Origin: Raillietiella orientalis
Taxonomy: Eukaryota
Length of the DNA stretch: 64,000 bases
NCBI GenBank assembly: GCA_036172245.1
Contig: JAYWIR010000014.1
Span: 2,480,001-2,544,000, forward strand
Direction of reading: 5' to 3'
The translations under genes and the position numbers were made by a program. The notes beneath the pieces are model-generated. The model made no database searches. It had not been told where the DNA came from and saw nothing but the letters and a program-made list of their open reading frames with translations. The first letter of the stretch is position 1. Each line of letters opens with the position of its first letter. Positions 23,501 through 35,500 of this stretch are shown piece by piece.

Positions 23501-26500
23501 GGGGACGGAGGCAGGATCGAGGTGACGTCACGAAGCGAGAGTTGGCGGATTCGCCCGTCGCCCTTCACGCGCGCGGCCTTCGGGACAAGCATTGAAACTC
23601 CCTTTGAGGGATGGGCCGACCCTCCGCTGTTGGCTCGCGTGCTTCTTTGCTCCGAACGTAGCGGTAATCGTCGCCGTCACCTCCTCTGGGCCGGAGTAGT
23701 AGAAGGTGACATCGTTCTAGACAACCGGGAACTGTCCTCACGTGCATCTCGGCTCTCGGACGCTTCCGAAGTGAGAGGCTCGCTGCCTCTGCATCTGTGG
23801 CATCCCACGTTCCCGTGTGTCCCGTCTCCTCCTTTGCCGTTGGCGTTTTTCCTGCGAGTTGCCGGAGCGCGGTGCTCACCTCGAAGTCTCGAGCCGGTTG
23901 CTGACGTTCCGTCTGTCTGCCGAAGGTGGAAATCTCCGACAACGGCGTACCCGTCCTGACCTCCGTGACCGTCGTCATCGTGAAGATGGAGGACGACAAC
24001 GACAACAGCCCCCAGTTCCTGCGGAACTACTCCGCGGTTCTGCTTCCCTCGATATCTGCAGCGGAGCTCCTCCTCCCTCAGTACCAGGTGAGAAGGCGAC
24101 AGCCCGGCTCGGCCCGCGGGAAGCTCTGACGGGCTCCTCCTCTTTCCAGCTCTCCGCTGCAGCCGCAGCTTCGTGCTCAGACGACCTGACCAACTCGGAC
24201 TGGGAGAGCTTCGACCCGACGGACGTCGTCGGCTACGCTCTGTTCCGGGTGAGCGAATCCCTCTCCCTCCCGCCTCTGAGTGCTTCGGCCGCTCGTGGCA
24301 GCTCGAGTGTCACCGGGGGGACGACCACCGGGTCCAACTGCGGCACCCCGTGAGCTCGAAGCTTCCGGCGCCAACGAGGGCACGCGATCGAGTCGATTGT
24401 TCTGTGGACTTCCCCCCTCCCCCCCCCCCCCTTTTCTTTTGTGCGCGTTTTTCCGCTTGCTCTTCTGGGTGGACTGTCCTTTTTCGTGTTGCGCCCAGGC
24501 GTGTTCCTGGGTCGTGCGCGTTCTTGCTCCCCCTCCGGCACCCAACTCGCCTCGCCTGGTTCAAGAGGGAGGAACGGCATCTGACGAACGAGCCGCGCAT
24601 CTCGTAAGGGAACCGTCCGAACCCGAGCGGAAAAGTAAACGACGCTCTGCATCTCCGCCACGCTGCGCGACGCACCCTCTGCTAGCAATGCGGATCGGGG
24701 GTTGTGGATTACCATCTTCCCAGTTGCTGCCTTTTCGCTGGTGCTCCCGCCAATGTCGGCCCCGGGATAGCGTAGGCAGGCGGGAGCCGTGTTCCGCTTC
24801 CCAGTAGCTTTCCTGGTGCAGGCGGACGAGCAGCTTCCATCTCTGGACCACGTTCCTCTTGACCGTCTCGGTTCAAGAGCCTCCTGCCCCCCCGTTGTGC
24901 CTGTGGAGGAGCCGGACATCGAAGGGAAGAGAGGGACAGGGGAATTCGATTTCGTGGGAGGGGAGCAAATGCGCCATCTCCCGTCTCCCACCTACTCGCG
25001 GCCTCCCCTCTCCCCGTTCGGGGACAGGGGCTTTGCTCCTCCTCACTAACCTCGCATCATCCGGTTTTTCTTCCCGCAACTCCAGGTGGCTGCCACGGAC
25101 AGAGACGTCGGAAGCAACGGGCGGCTGCGCTACTCCATAAGAACCGGACGGCATGGTGGAACCTTCGAGATTCATCCCCACTCGGGAATGATCCACACCC
25201 GACGACCCCTGGAGCCACTTCAAGAGTTTCCCCTGGAGGTAACGTCAGGCCCCGCGTTCCTGCATTCAGCTCTCCCCTTTGCGCCCTTTGCGCTCTTCGC
25301 TTCTCTCCCCTTCGCCACCAGTTGGTTTAGTTCCCCCCCCCTCCCGCTACTTACCCCGGGAATGCCACATTCTTCCTGCTCTGCGCCACGACGAAGCTCC
25401 TGAAACCTTCCTTCCTCTCCTCGCTTCTTTGAGGCCGGATGAACGGGTGGCTTGCGCTCTTCCTCCGTTCTCTTCTCTTCTGCCTCCTCCCCATCTTTTT
25501 TTCTCTTTCGTCCCTCTTTTTCTGTCCCTCCAAGCCACGTCTGCGAACGCTAGCTGACTGACTGCTTTCCTCTCTCGGTCGTCCCCGAAGGTCAGAGTGT
25601 CGGATCACGGAGACCCTCCCCGGTTTTCCACCATCCGAGGATGCCTTACGGTCAGCAACGTATCCGTTCTTCCCGCGTCCCCAGTATCCGTCGGGAGCTC
25701 GCCAGTCATCCATGTCTCCGAAAACCAAGCCCCGGGATACGTGCTCCCGTACAGGGACGACTCTCAGGATGCCGTGTTCTTCAGCATAGTCGGTAGGTGG
25801 CCTTAGCGCGTCCCGCCCTGCTGCGAAAGGGCAAGGGGAGAGTCGGATGAACCCTCTTGTGGCGGCACTTCCTTTCCCCATCTTGCAATGGGGAAAGGAA
25901 AGGTCTCTGCAAGGTGTTTGACTTTGCACTCTCGGGATGGGGGGGAAGGGTTGGTGACAGAACCCGGCCCTCGGGCACACATCAGGTCAAGAACAATAAG
26001 AAAGGTCGTTCGGCCGCCGTCACAAGTGTACCGGTACAGGAAACTCGTAAGCCACAGGATGGCAGTGGTAAAAAGCAAGAACTAGTTCCGGGATTCCTGG
26101 ACCGAGCCGGCATTTGCCCGACCCTTGGGAGCGACGTCAGCGACCGCCGCGACCCTGATGGGGAAGGATGTGAAGGGAGAGGAGACCTCTCGCTTCAGGA
26201 CACGCGAGGAGGAAAAGAGCCAGCAACTCGTGGCGCGCGTATGCACTCTCGGGGAACCAAGGTGCTCTGCGTTGTCCGCCGTGGGAGGACCACAAGAGCA
26301 GTCCAGGGTTCACGGAAGCAGGGGCCTTCGGAGACGCACCCCAGGGAGGCTGCAGACAACGTCCGTACTTCCTCCCCCTGTCTGTTGGTTGTTTCGGGAA
26401 CATGCCGCTTCACGCGCGCGAGCCTGGGAAAGCCAGAGGAAGCGTGCGTGCTCCCGGATCAAACACGAGGGTGGCGGGATCAGCATCCTATCCACCTGCG

Positions 26501-29500
26501 GGACATGGCTCGTCCCGCCGGCCGCACGCCGGGCATCAATTTGCAGAGGGCACACACCCCCATTTCCGGCATAGCATATCGCCGAGGGAGGGGTCTCTTC
26601 CAGCGGGAAGCTTTGTCTTCCACCTCTTGAGCTCTCCCTGTTCCCCTCCAGCATGCACCCTCCTCTCCTTCCAATGGCCCTCACCCCTTCCTTCCCCTTA
26701 GACGGCAACATCGGGCAGAAGTTCGACATCGGCAGCGACAATGGCATTCTCATTCTGACCGACAGACTGGACAGAGAGCAGGTGTCTTCGTACAACCTCA
26801 CCGTCATGGCGACCAATGGCTTCTACAGCTACTACACGCAGGTGGGAAAAGGCACTGAGACGGGGGAGGGGGGACCATAGGGAAGCCGCCTCTGCTGGCT
26901 TCCGGCCCGGACCTCTAACGTGTCGTCGTCCCCAGGTGCGCGTGCTGGTGGACGACGTCAACGACCACCGACCCGAGTTTCTTCAGCCCGCGTACGAGGT
27001 GGACATTTTAGAGAACATCATGCTGGACAGCAGCGTGGTGACGGTCTCTGCTCGCGACCTGGATGGCGACAGTCGCCTCCGCTACAGCCTCCACAGCGCC
27101 CTCCACCCGAAGAGCCTGGAGTTCTTCCGGATTAACCCGGAATCCGGCATGGTCACCGTGCTGCAGACATTAGACAGGTAACCGGGTCACTGCAAACCTT
27201 GATGCGGCCACGGCTTCCGGAGCAATCTTTTCCCTGCTTCCCTCGAAAAAAGAAGGAAGAAGGAGAAAGGTGCTTCTTTGCGAGATGCATCGAGGTGCAT
27301 CTCATCACATCTTCACGGTCTGCTTCCGAGGTCATGCCTTGGACTCGGAGACTTTTCCCTTTCCGGCCCCAACACCACTATCTTCCCGGTACGGTCGTTG
27401 GTTTCGCTTCTCCTCCCCTGACGACCCGCCCGCCCGCGGCGAAACGCCGCTCGCGTGAGGATGGAGGGCGCAGCTCCGCCCTTCCTAGAAAGGCCGCTTC
27501 CATCCTTTGGCCTGGACGCTCCCCTCGTACGCGCAGGAACCAGAAGTCCCCCAACTATTCAAGGAGGAAACGACATATCTTTTCCATCAGGAAAAGCGGC
27601 TTGCCAGCTAACCCGCTCAGAAGCCTTGCGCACGGGCAGTATCATAGGCGAGGAAGGCGACTGAGCCGTGATTATTGCTAGTTGAAAACTTTACCCGCTC
27701 ACTCCTCTTTCCTTGTCAGCCGTAATCCTCCGGCCTTGAACGTTGCGATGGAAACCACGGGACTACGTCCCTCGTTCCAGAAACTCTCCTATCCAAGTAC
27801 TCGGCTTGCTTTTCCCCTTCTCTTTCTCCGATCCTGCCCGTACCGCTCTTTAGGAAGAGAGAGGGAGTATCCAGCTTTCGACATCCCCTGAGGTCGTCGA
27901 AGTCCTCTTCGGAGACCCCTCCCTGTTCTTTTTCCTCTTTTTGGTCCAGTGTGTACCGAAAACGAAGATGATGTCGAGCCCCTTCCAAACTGTATCCTCC
28001 CTCACCATTCGATGGAATGACCACCTTCTTCGAAGGGAATCAAGGGTAGTGGCTCTGCTCTGCGAGGATGCACCGGCGCTCCAGCAGGACTTCCCCAAAA
28101 TCGCGCCTCCGAGAACCTTTCAGTTCTTCGTTCCCTAGGTCCTCCTCTCCTGCCTCCCCCACGCAAACGCGCACATACGCTGCAGCCCTGAGCGCGAGTA
28201 AGGGCGGAAGAGTATTCTCCTCATAAGATGCGCCCTATCCCTCCGGAAGAGCGCGGGGCCTCCCGGACGCCTCGGTTTTCGTCATCACGCTGCCTTTCAC
28301 ACGCTTCCAAGCCGCGCCGCGGCGTGGAGTCGCCTCTGTGCGGCGCGTTTCCCCGACCCCCTGAATTTCTCTCCTCTTTCCTTCCCTACTTCTTCGCCAC
28401 CCGAAAGGACAGAGCAGCGGTTGTCTCCCAGTCCCCTGAGACCGGTTTTCGCGCGTGATCCGTTCGGGTGCCCGTGGGCCTCCCCGACCCCGAACCGCGT
28501 CTCCGTCTTGATTGCCCCTTGCGCCCTCCCAGAGGCTCTTGTTTTCGTTAGTCATCGCTAAGCGCCAAGTGCTCCCCCATCTTTCTGCCCCCTTACCCAC
28601 CCTCTGTTGCCCATCATGGTGTCACTCATTTTCTCTCCGGTGCTCCGTTTTTGATCTCCAGGATGGATGGTCATCTCCTTCGCCTGCGTTCTGTGGCTCC
28701 TCTTCCTCCCTGAATCTCCGTCCGGAAGTCACACTCCGCCTTGTTGCTCCAGATCCTCTTCGTCTTCTGCGCAGTTTCTTGTCTTTCCGTCCCACCCTCG
28801 AGGGTCTCACTTGCCCGGAGGAGGATGGACCGCTCCCGCGTGGAACGCTTGCAGTTTTCGGCGACCCACGCGGACTGAAGTACGGCCTATCTCGTCATGC
28901 GTCCTTGCTCTTCCCGCGCTGATACTATCGCGATCACTCCTTTGCGTGCGACTTCCGATTTCCTCTTTCCTCAAGGAGGGAAGGAGTGGATTTTCCCTGC
29001 TTCCCGGCTGTCTCTTCGCTCCGGCCCGGCTCAAGTGTCCACGGGTAACCATGGATCCAAGGGAACCGTTTGCCGCAGGGATTGGAAATCGGGAGCACAA
29101 GGAGACAAGAGAAGTGTAGCCTCTCCTCCACACCAGACAGGGACGTTCCCACCAGCAGACATTTTCCTGTCCACATTGGCTCGCCGGACACCGGAAACCC
29201 ACGAAATCGGAGACTGGTCGTGGGGAAACGGAGATGGACTACAGCGGGGTCATCTCCGGAGGGAGGAAGGAAGTTTTGGGGGAACCTTTCTTCCTTCCCT
29301 CGTTGAGCTCAGGAGCAGCAGGCGCTCAACTCTTACGCAGTCCTTTCTGAATCGCTCACCCACCTCGGATGGCGACTGGCAAAGGCCTCTGGCCACCGCT
29401 GGCCATCCGAAACTGTCGGCTCCAGCAATCCCTGTGCCCTTTCTTCTCCCGTGTTGCTTTCTGCGCCACTCGGGCGAACGGAGCGCCGCTGCAGAGAACA

Positions 29501-32500
29501 GCATCTCCCTTCGATCGCGCTGGCGGTTTCACTGGAACTCAGCTGCCCAGCGTCGCGAACGTGAACAGCACTTCGACGGCTCCACGATCAACTACTCCGC
29601 GTTCTCTCGGTGTAGCAGGCGTTGTCAGGATCCTCTTGCGACTGCAAGGCTCCCGACGGCTCATGTTTCAGGGAAGATATCCACTACCACAGCCTGATCG
29701 CCCGAGTGGAAGACAGCGGCTCGCCTTCGAGCAAGGAAAACTACGTCAAAATCGTCATCAACGTAAAGGATCAGAACGACAATGCGCCGAGGTTCCTGGA
29801 GCCTTCCTTGCACTGCAAAATACAAGAAACGCTGGAAGTGGGAAGCTCCGTCATCCAGGTGTTGGCTTTTGACTACGACAAGGGGAAAAACGCCGAAATC
29901 ACCTACAGCATAGTGGCCGGTGAGCCCCAGCCTCACTGCTGCCTCACCGAGCTCACTCTCTGCCCGTAGGCAATGTGGGGAACACGTTCCAAATCGACCC
30001 CATCTTCGGCACGATACAGATAGCGAAGGAGCTGAACAGGAAGACTATACCCGAGTACCTGCTCACCGTCAGAGCCACGGACGGAGGCACCATTCGACGG
30101 TCTTCGACCATACACGTGACGGTCACGGTTATCTTGTCGGATGAAACCTCCCCAGGGTATCGGCAGTTAACCTGCCCGTCGGCGTTGATGCCAGCTCATC
30201 TTCCAGGTTCCTGAGAGATGCCTACTCGTGCGACATCTCGGAAAACGCCCGTATCGGACTGAACGTTTGCAAGATCGACACCATCGGCACCTCTTCCGTC
30301 TTCTTCCGCATTGTCGATGGCAACCTGGGCGGCGCGTTCGGGGTGAACCCCAGCTCCGGCGTCATCTACGTTCAATCTGTCCTGGACCACGAAAGGACGT
30401 CGAGCTACAACCTCACCCTGCAAGCGACGAGTCTGGTGCGTTCCCCGCGTGCCCTCTGGGACTCTCCATCATGGCTTCCTCTTCGCTAGGCCCTGAAGCG
30501 TTCCTCCGCCGTGGTCTACATCCGCGTACTCGACGAAAATGACAACAGTCCCGAATTCACAAACAGGAGCTACTACGGGAAGATCAGCGAAGCTGCCCCC
30601 GTGGGAAGCTTCGTGTTCTCCTATTCGGGCACGCCTCTCGTCATCAGTGCCGAAGACAAAGACTCGGGATCGAACGCTCTGCTGCATTATTCCATAATCG
30701 GTAACTTCCCGCAGCACTTCTTTAGCATCGATGCCAGCACAGGTAACGTCGACGTGCAGACGGCAGCTTCCCCCTCCCCCCACCGACGTCTCACCCTTCC
30801 TTCTTTTTATCCCCACAGGATCGCTGAGATCTGTTGCCGGTCTCGATTACGAGATCAACAAGTCGTTCAGCTTCTCTGTCCAGGTTTCCGATCTGGGACA
30901 TCCCAGTTTGAGTTGCGTCACACCTGCCAGCGTTTTCATAGACATCGTGGATGTCAACGATTCGCCGCCCTATTTCACGCAAGCTCTCTACAACGCGACG
31001 TTGCTCATACCTACGCTCAAGGACGTGGTTGTCACGCGCCTGCAAGCCGAAGACAACGACTCGTTCCCCAACTCAGAACTCCGGTATTCATTGATCCGAG
31101 GAAACTCGGAATCGAAGTTCGCCGTGGACCCCGTTTCGGGCGTCGTCCGCGTGCGAAGGCCCGATGGGCTGAAACCGTTCTACGACATGACGGTCAGGGT
31201 CAGCGACGGGCAACACACAGCATCTGTTCCCTTGCACATCCATGTCAAGCACTCAAGAAGTTCGTCGCTGAGCTTCAGCGAAGACCGTTACTACGCCACC
31301 GTCGTGGAAAACTCCACCCAGGTCGTCAAGTTAATCGTCCTCCAGCTGTTGGGTACTGCGGTCAATCAGCACGTCCAATTCTCCATCCTAAATCCGAGCC
31401 CGCTGTTCCAAATTGGAAATACTTCTGGTGCGATCATGACTACCGGATTGCCCTTCGATCGGGAAGAACAAGATTCTTACGTTATTCTTGTCGAGGTAAA
31501 AAAAAAAAAAAAGAACTTTCGAGATCGTCCTTCTTCCTGCAGGCTCAGGGGGAATACGAAAGCGCCGAACATGTGATAGTACACACATCAGTGCACGTCA
31601 CCGTTCTCGACGTCAATGACAACGCTCCCGTTTTCCTGAACCAGCCATACTACGCATTGATCCCGATCGATTCTAAGATTGGTCAAGTGGTTTTCCAGGT
31701 AATGGAGACGAAGAAATTCCCATTCGACACTTCGTTTCATTTGCAACGCCAGGTTACTGCAATGGATGCAGATGAGGGAGACAACGGCCTGGTTCAGTAT
31801 CATCTGATTAAAGGAAGCGACGAATTTTTCGAAATCGATGGTCTGACGGGAGAGATCACCTTGATAAATGCCCTTGTGGAAGAAAAGCATCATTTCGAGT
31901 TAACCGTGGAAGCTTACGATAGAGGTAAGGTTACGATTCCACCGAAATGTCCAATAAAGAAGGCTTTTCGCGCTCCTGCCGTGTGGGTTGATTCGATGTT
32001 GACCCCGATGTTCTCTTGGCGAACCTCTGGGCACGACTGAGAAATTCCAGGGGTGGGAGAGAGGGTAATAGGCGTGGAATACAGTCGGGATTATTAAAGA
32101 TAAATGATGAATGGGGTGAACGCATGAGACGCGAAGGAATCCGTAGATTGCATTGAGGAATAGGGATGTGCGGTATGTGCTTTCTCCGGACCTGACCCAG
32201 GAGGAATCCGGTCTTGCCCTCGCGAACCGAATTTAAGCGAAGGCACGGAACACGTTCGAGTAATCAAGGAAAGACCTGCCCTGTGGGTCCGAACTCTTGG
32301 GTTAAGATGTTACCTATTCTGCCTTGGAAAATTGGTCATTATTGCTTTGTATTGATAGACATTCTGATGGCACGACTCGGCCTGACTCACTAAAGGTGTT
32401 TCCCTCTAGGAAGTAGATGGGCCCAGCTATGGCGCTTCTGTGGAATCTCCGTTCAGAGACACGTTGGTGTTCTCGGCAGTTTTATTGGGTCGTAATTTGC

Positions 32501-35500
32501 ATGGTGGTGAAGTCTCAAATGCGCGCTCTGCATGTATGTCCCGGTGAAATTTTCGATGCTTCAATTATTAGCTTATATGTAAAAATGACATCACATTTAC
32601 AGCCGATGATGGGCAAAGGATCATCATTCCATTTCACGGGAGGTGCAATTTTATGATCATCTGTCAGTTAATTGTCCCTAAATACAAAGAACTGGCAGGT
32701 GGCTTTCGTGGCATTCTCTCTGTAAAAAAAAGGAAAAGAAAAAAAAAGGAATGAAAAAAGCGCACTCTAAAAAATGGGAAGAACAAAAATAAGGACTCTT
32801 AACATTCAATGATGATGAATCCATGGAAACAATCAAAAAAATGAATCAGCTGTTCGTGAAGGCGAAATGCAGTTGAAATACAGATCTGACAAGTTACCAT
32901 GAGTGTGTTTTGTCAAGAGTTCAATGGGATATTTGGATTTCAATGAGTTCGAAGACTGTGCTGGATGAGACACTGATCGATTTATTTATAGCCATTAATC
33001 CGCAGATTTTCTCATCAAGTGATTCTTGGTTCCAATTTGTTTGGCTACGGAGCGGTTACCGAACGTTTGCATGTCCCACATATTCCAGAGGAGAAAAACG
33101 CAAAATCATTGTCATTGAAAGTTCCCACATTCCCGCAGTTCGTTCCCTGAACCCCTTGGGACGATTTTTAGAGTCGTATTTATGCACTAAGCGCTCTCGT
33201 GCTTTGGCCAATCACCAAGGTACGCAAACACAACCCTTTGCGTATATCTGGAGAACACTGTTTGGTACCTTCCCTTACATAAATATCCAAACACGCATGT
33301 ATGTCTGAAAATGTACATTTACGGTATGCGAGATGTCCACTGAAACGCAAAACATACCGAAGCAAAGAATACACATACATACGTATATGTATTTAAATAT
33401 GTGTGCATGCGTCTTCTTCCTTTCTTCGCCCTCATTTCTTCCTGCACTTAACTTTTGGGTACTCTTTGTGTACGTTTTCTGATGTCTTGGTATTCGTTTT
33501 GTGCACGCGCACGTGGGTGTGACGTTGCGTGTATACGACGTTGTGAATGTAATTCATAGTATGTTCAAGGTGCTGTTCCCGTATCCGACGTAGCCACAGT
33601 GACCATCAAGGTCATCAGCAAAGCCATGCCCATATTTGAAAGGCAGTTCTACAAAGCTGTGGTCTCGGAGAACATTGAGCCGAACTCTCCTGTGCTCAGC
33701 GTTTACGCTGAGAGTCCCAAGAAGCAGAACTTGATCTACACTCTCACGTCCGGGAACGAATACGAGGAATTTGATGTTGACTTCAATACAGGTAACATCA
33801 CATCTTCACGGCCTCCTTTGCTTTCGAATGTACAATGAGCATGTGATTTTGGAGTGGCTCTTGATGCTCACTCATGTGTACATTGTTTTCGCCGACGGTT
33901 TCGGTCTGTGTGCTGGCACGCAGACCGCGTTCCGATTCGCGGAAGGCGTTCCTGTTTTGTTTGCCGTCCTCTATTTAAAGTGCGCGCCTTGCCAGCGGAT
34001 GGACTGTTAGATTGTTCTTGAGAATGAATTGCCATTTTGTTTCCTCTGTCTGATTCATTTCTTTTCATCTGTTTGAGTAGTTCCTGAAGCCGACAGGAGC
34101 CAATGTAAGTAATGTTTCCTCTGCTTTTATGATTATTGTTTTTTTTCTGGTTTTACCCGCTTGGTGTTTGGGCTTTTGGACAGCGCTCTCCATGCGCTTC
34201 GCTTTTCCCTCCCTTCCTCGTACCTTCGGATCTTCTTCCTTTGCCTCGTGCTTGCTCCTTTCCTTGCTCCGTTCTCCAGCAGACGCTTGGACTTCTGTTA
34301 GGGTTGGTTTGCCTCCCTCCTGCCGTCTTCTTTGCCTCTCTCTTGGTCAGCCACCCTGAGGAGTATCCGACGTGTCTTCCCCCGCGATAGGTGTGATCTT
34401 CGTCGCTGACTATCTGGACTTCGAGCTGAAAACACTTCACGAGCTGACCCTGCGAGCCACGGACAGCTCGACAGGGGTGTTCTCGGAAGCGTCTGTGTCC
34501 GTGCAGGTCCAGGACGTCAACGACAACGCCCCTTCGTTTACCCAGAGCTCGTTCACCCTCGCCGTCTCGGAAGCCGACGATACGAGATCCCACGTGTTCC
34601 AGTTCTTCGCAAGCGATAGGGACTCCGGTATGGTGGGCTCCCGTAGAGGACGCCCCTCTTCTTTACAGACCTCTCCCCATTCCTCTCCTTTCGTCTCCAA
34701 GGGATCAACAGGAAGCTTAGCTACCGCCTAACAACAGGTTCCGAGTACACCTCTCAGCTCTTGCGCCTGGACCCGGCAGACGGTGCTCTGTATCTCAAGG
34801 AGAGTCCAGACTACGAGAGGCAGAAGCAGCACCGTTTCATGGTCCACGCTGTAGATTCAGGGATCCCACAGCTGTCTACTAGCGTCAGTGTGGTGCTGGA
34901 CGGTGAGTCGCGTTGTTCTTTCGTGCGCTCCCGCTGATGGACGCTTTCGCACGCGTTGCCTCCTCCTTAGTCGTGGACGTCAATGACAACAGTCCCCGAT
35001 TCGAGCGCGCCTCCTACGTATGCGAGGTGTCCGAGGAGATACTGAGGGACCAGTTGATGGCCGTGGTGAGAGCACTCGACCCAGACGACTCCGACTTGGA
35101 CCGCCTCGTCTACGCCATCGTCGGAGCCGGCGGCAACCATTCGTTCCATGTGGACAGGAAGACTGGTATGGATGAGCGCGTGCCACCTTCCCCCTCCCTG
35201 GACGACTCCCTCCTTGTGAGGTAGGAAGAAGCGACCTTATGTCCTTTCCTTCTTCAGGGGTCATTCGCGCCACGCGATTGCTGAGCACTTCGGAGGAGCG
35301 GCTACCACCGCTGAACGTGTCCGTCTCCGACGGCGTCTTCGTCAGCTACGCCACGCTCCTCTTCCTCCGGCAACCCGTCAACCTCCATCGTCCGACCTTC
35401 CCCGGTCCGGTCGTGGAGGTCGAGGTCCGCGAGGATGCTCCCGTAGGCTCGCTCCTGGCCACCATCGCCGCGAATGACGAGGACGAGGGCATCTTTGGGC

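Noticed and set aside
14575..29620. Dozens of 100-425-aa ORFs on both strands in the large cadherin introns (e.g. 17681-18958, 19318-20355, 20300-21469)
   Set aside because: Arg/Pro/Gly/Ala-rich, overlapping in all frames and without recognisable domains; expected from stop-codon scarcity in very GC-rich DNA
32104..32195. Possible box C/D snoRNA (ATGATGA at 32104, CTGA at 32192)
   Set aside because: No terminal stem, and I could not match the segment before the D box to an rRNA or snRNA target; it also overlaps the better-supported structure at 32158-32319
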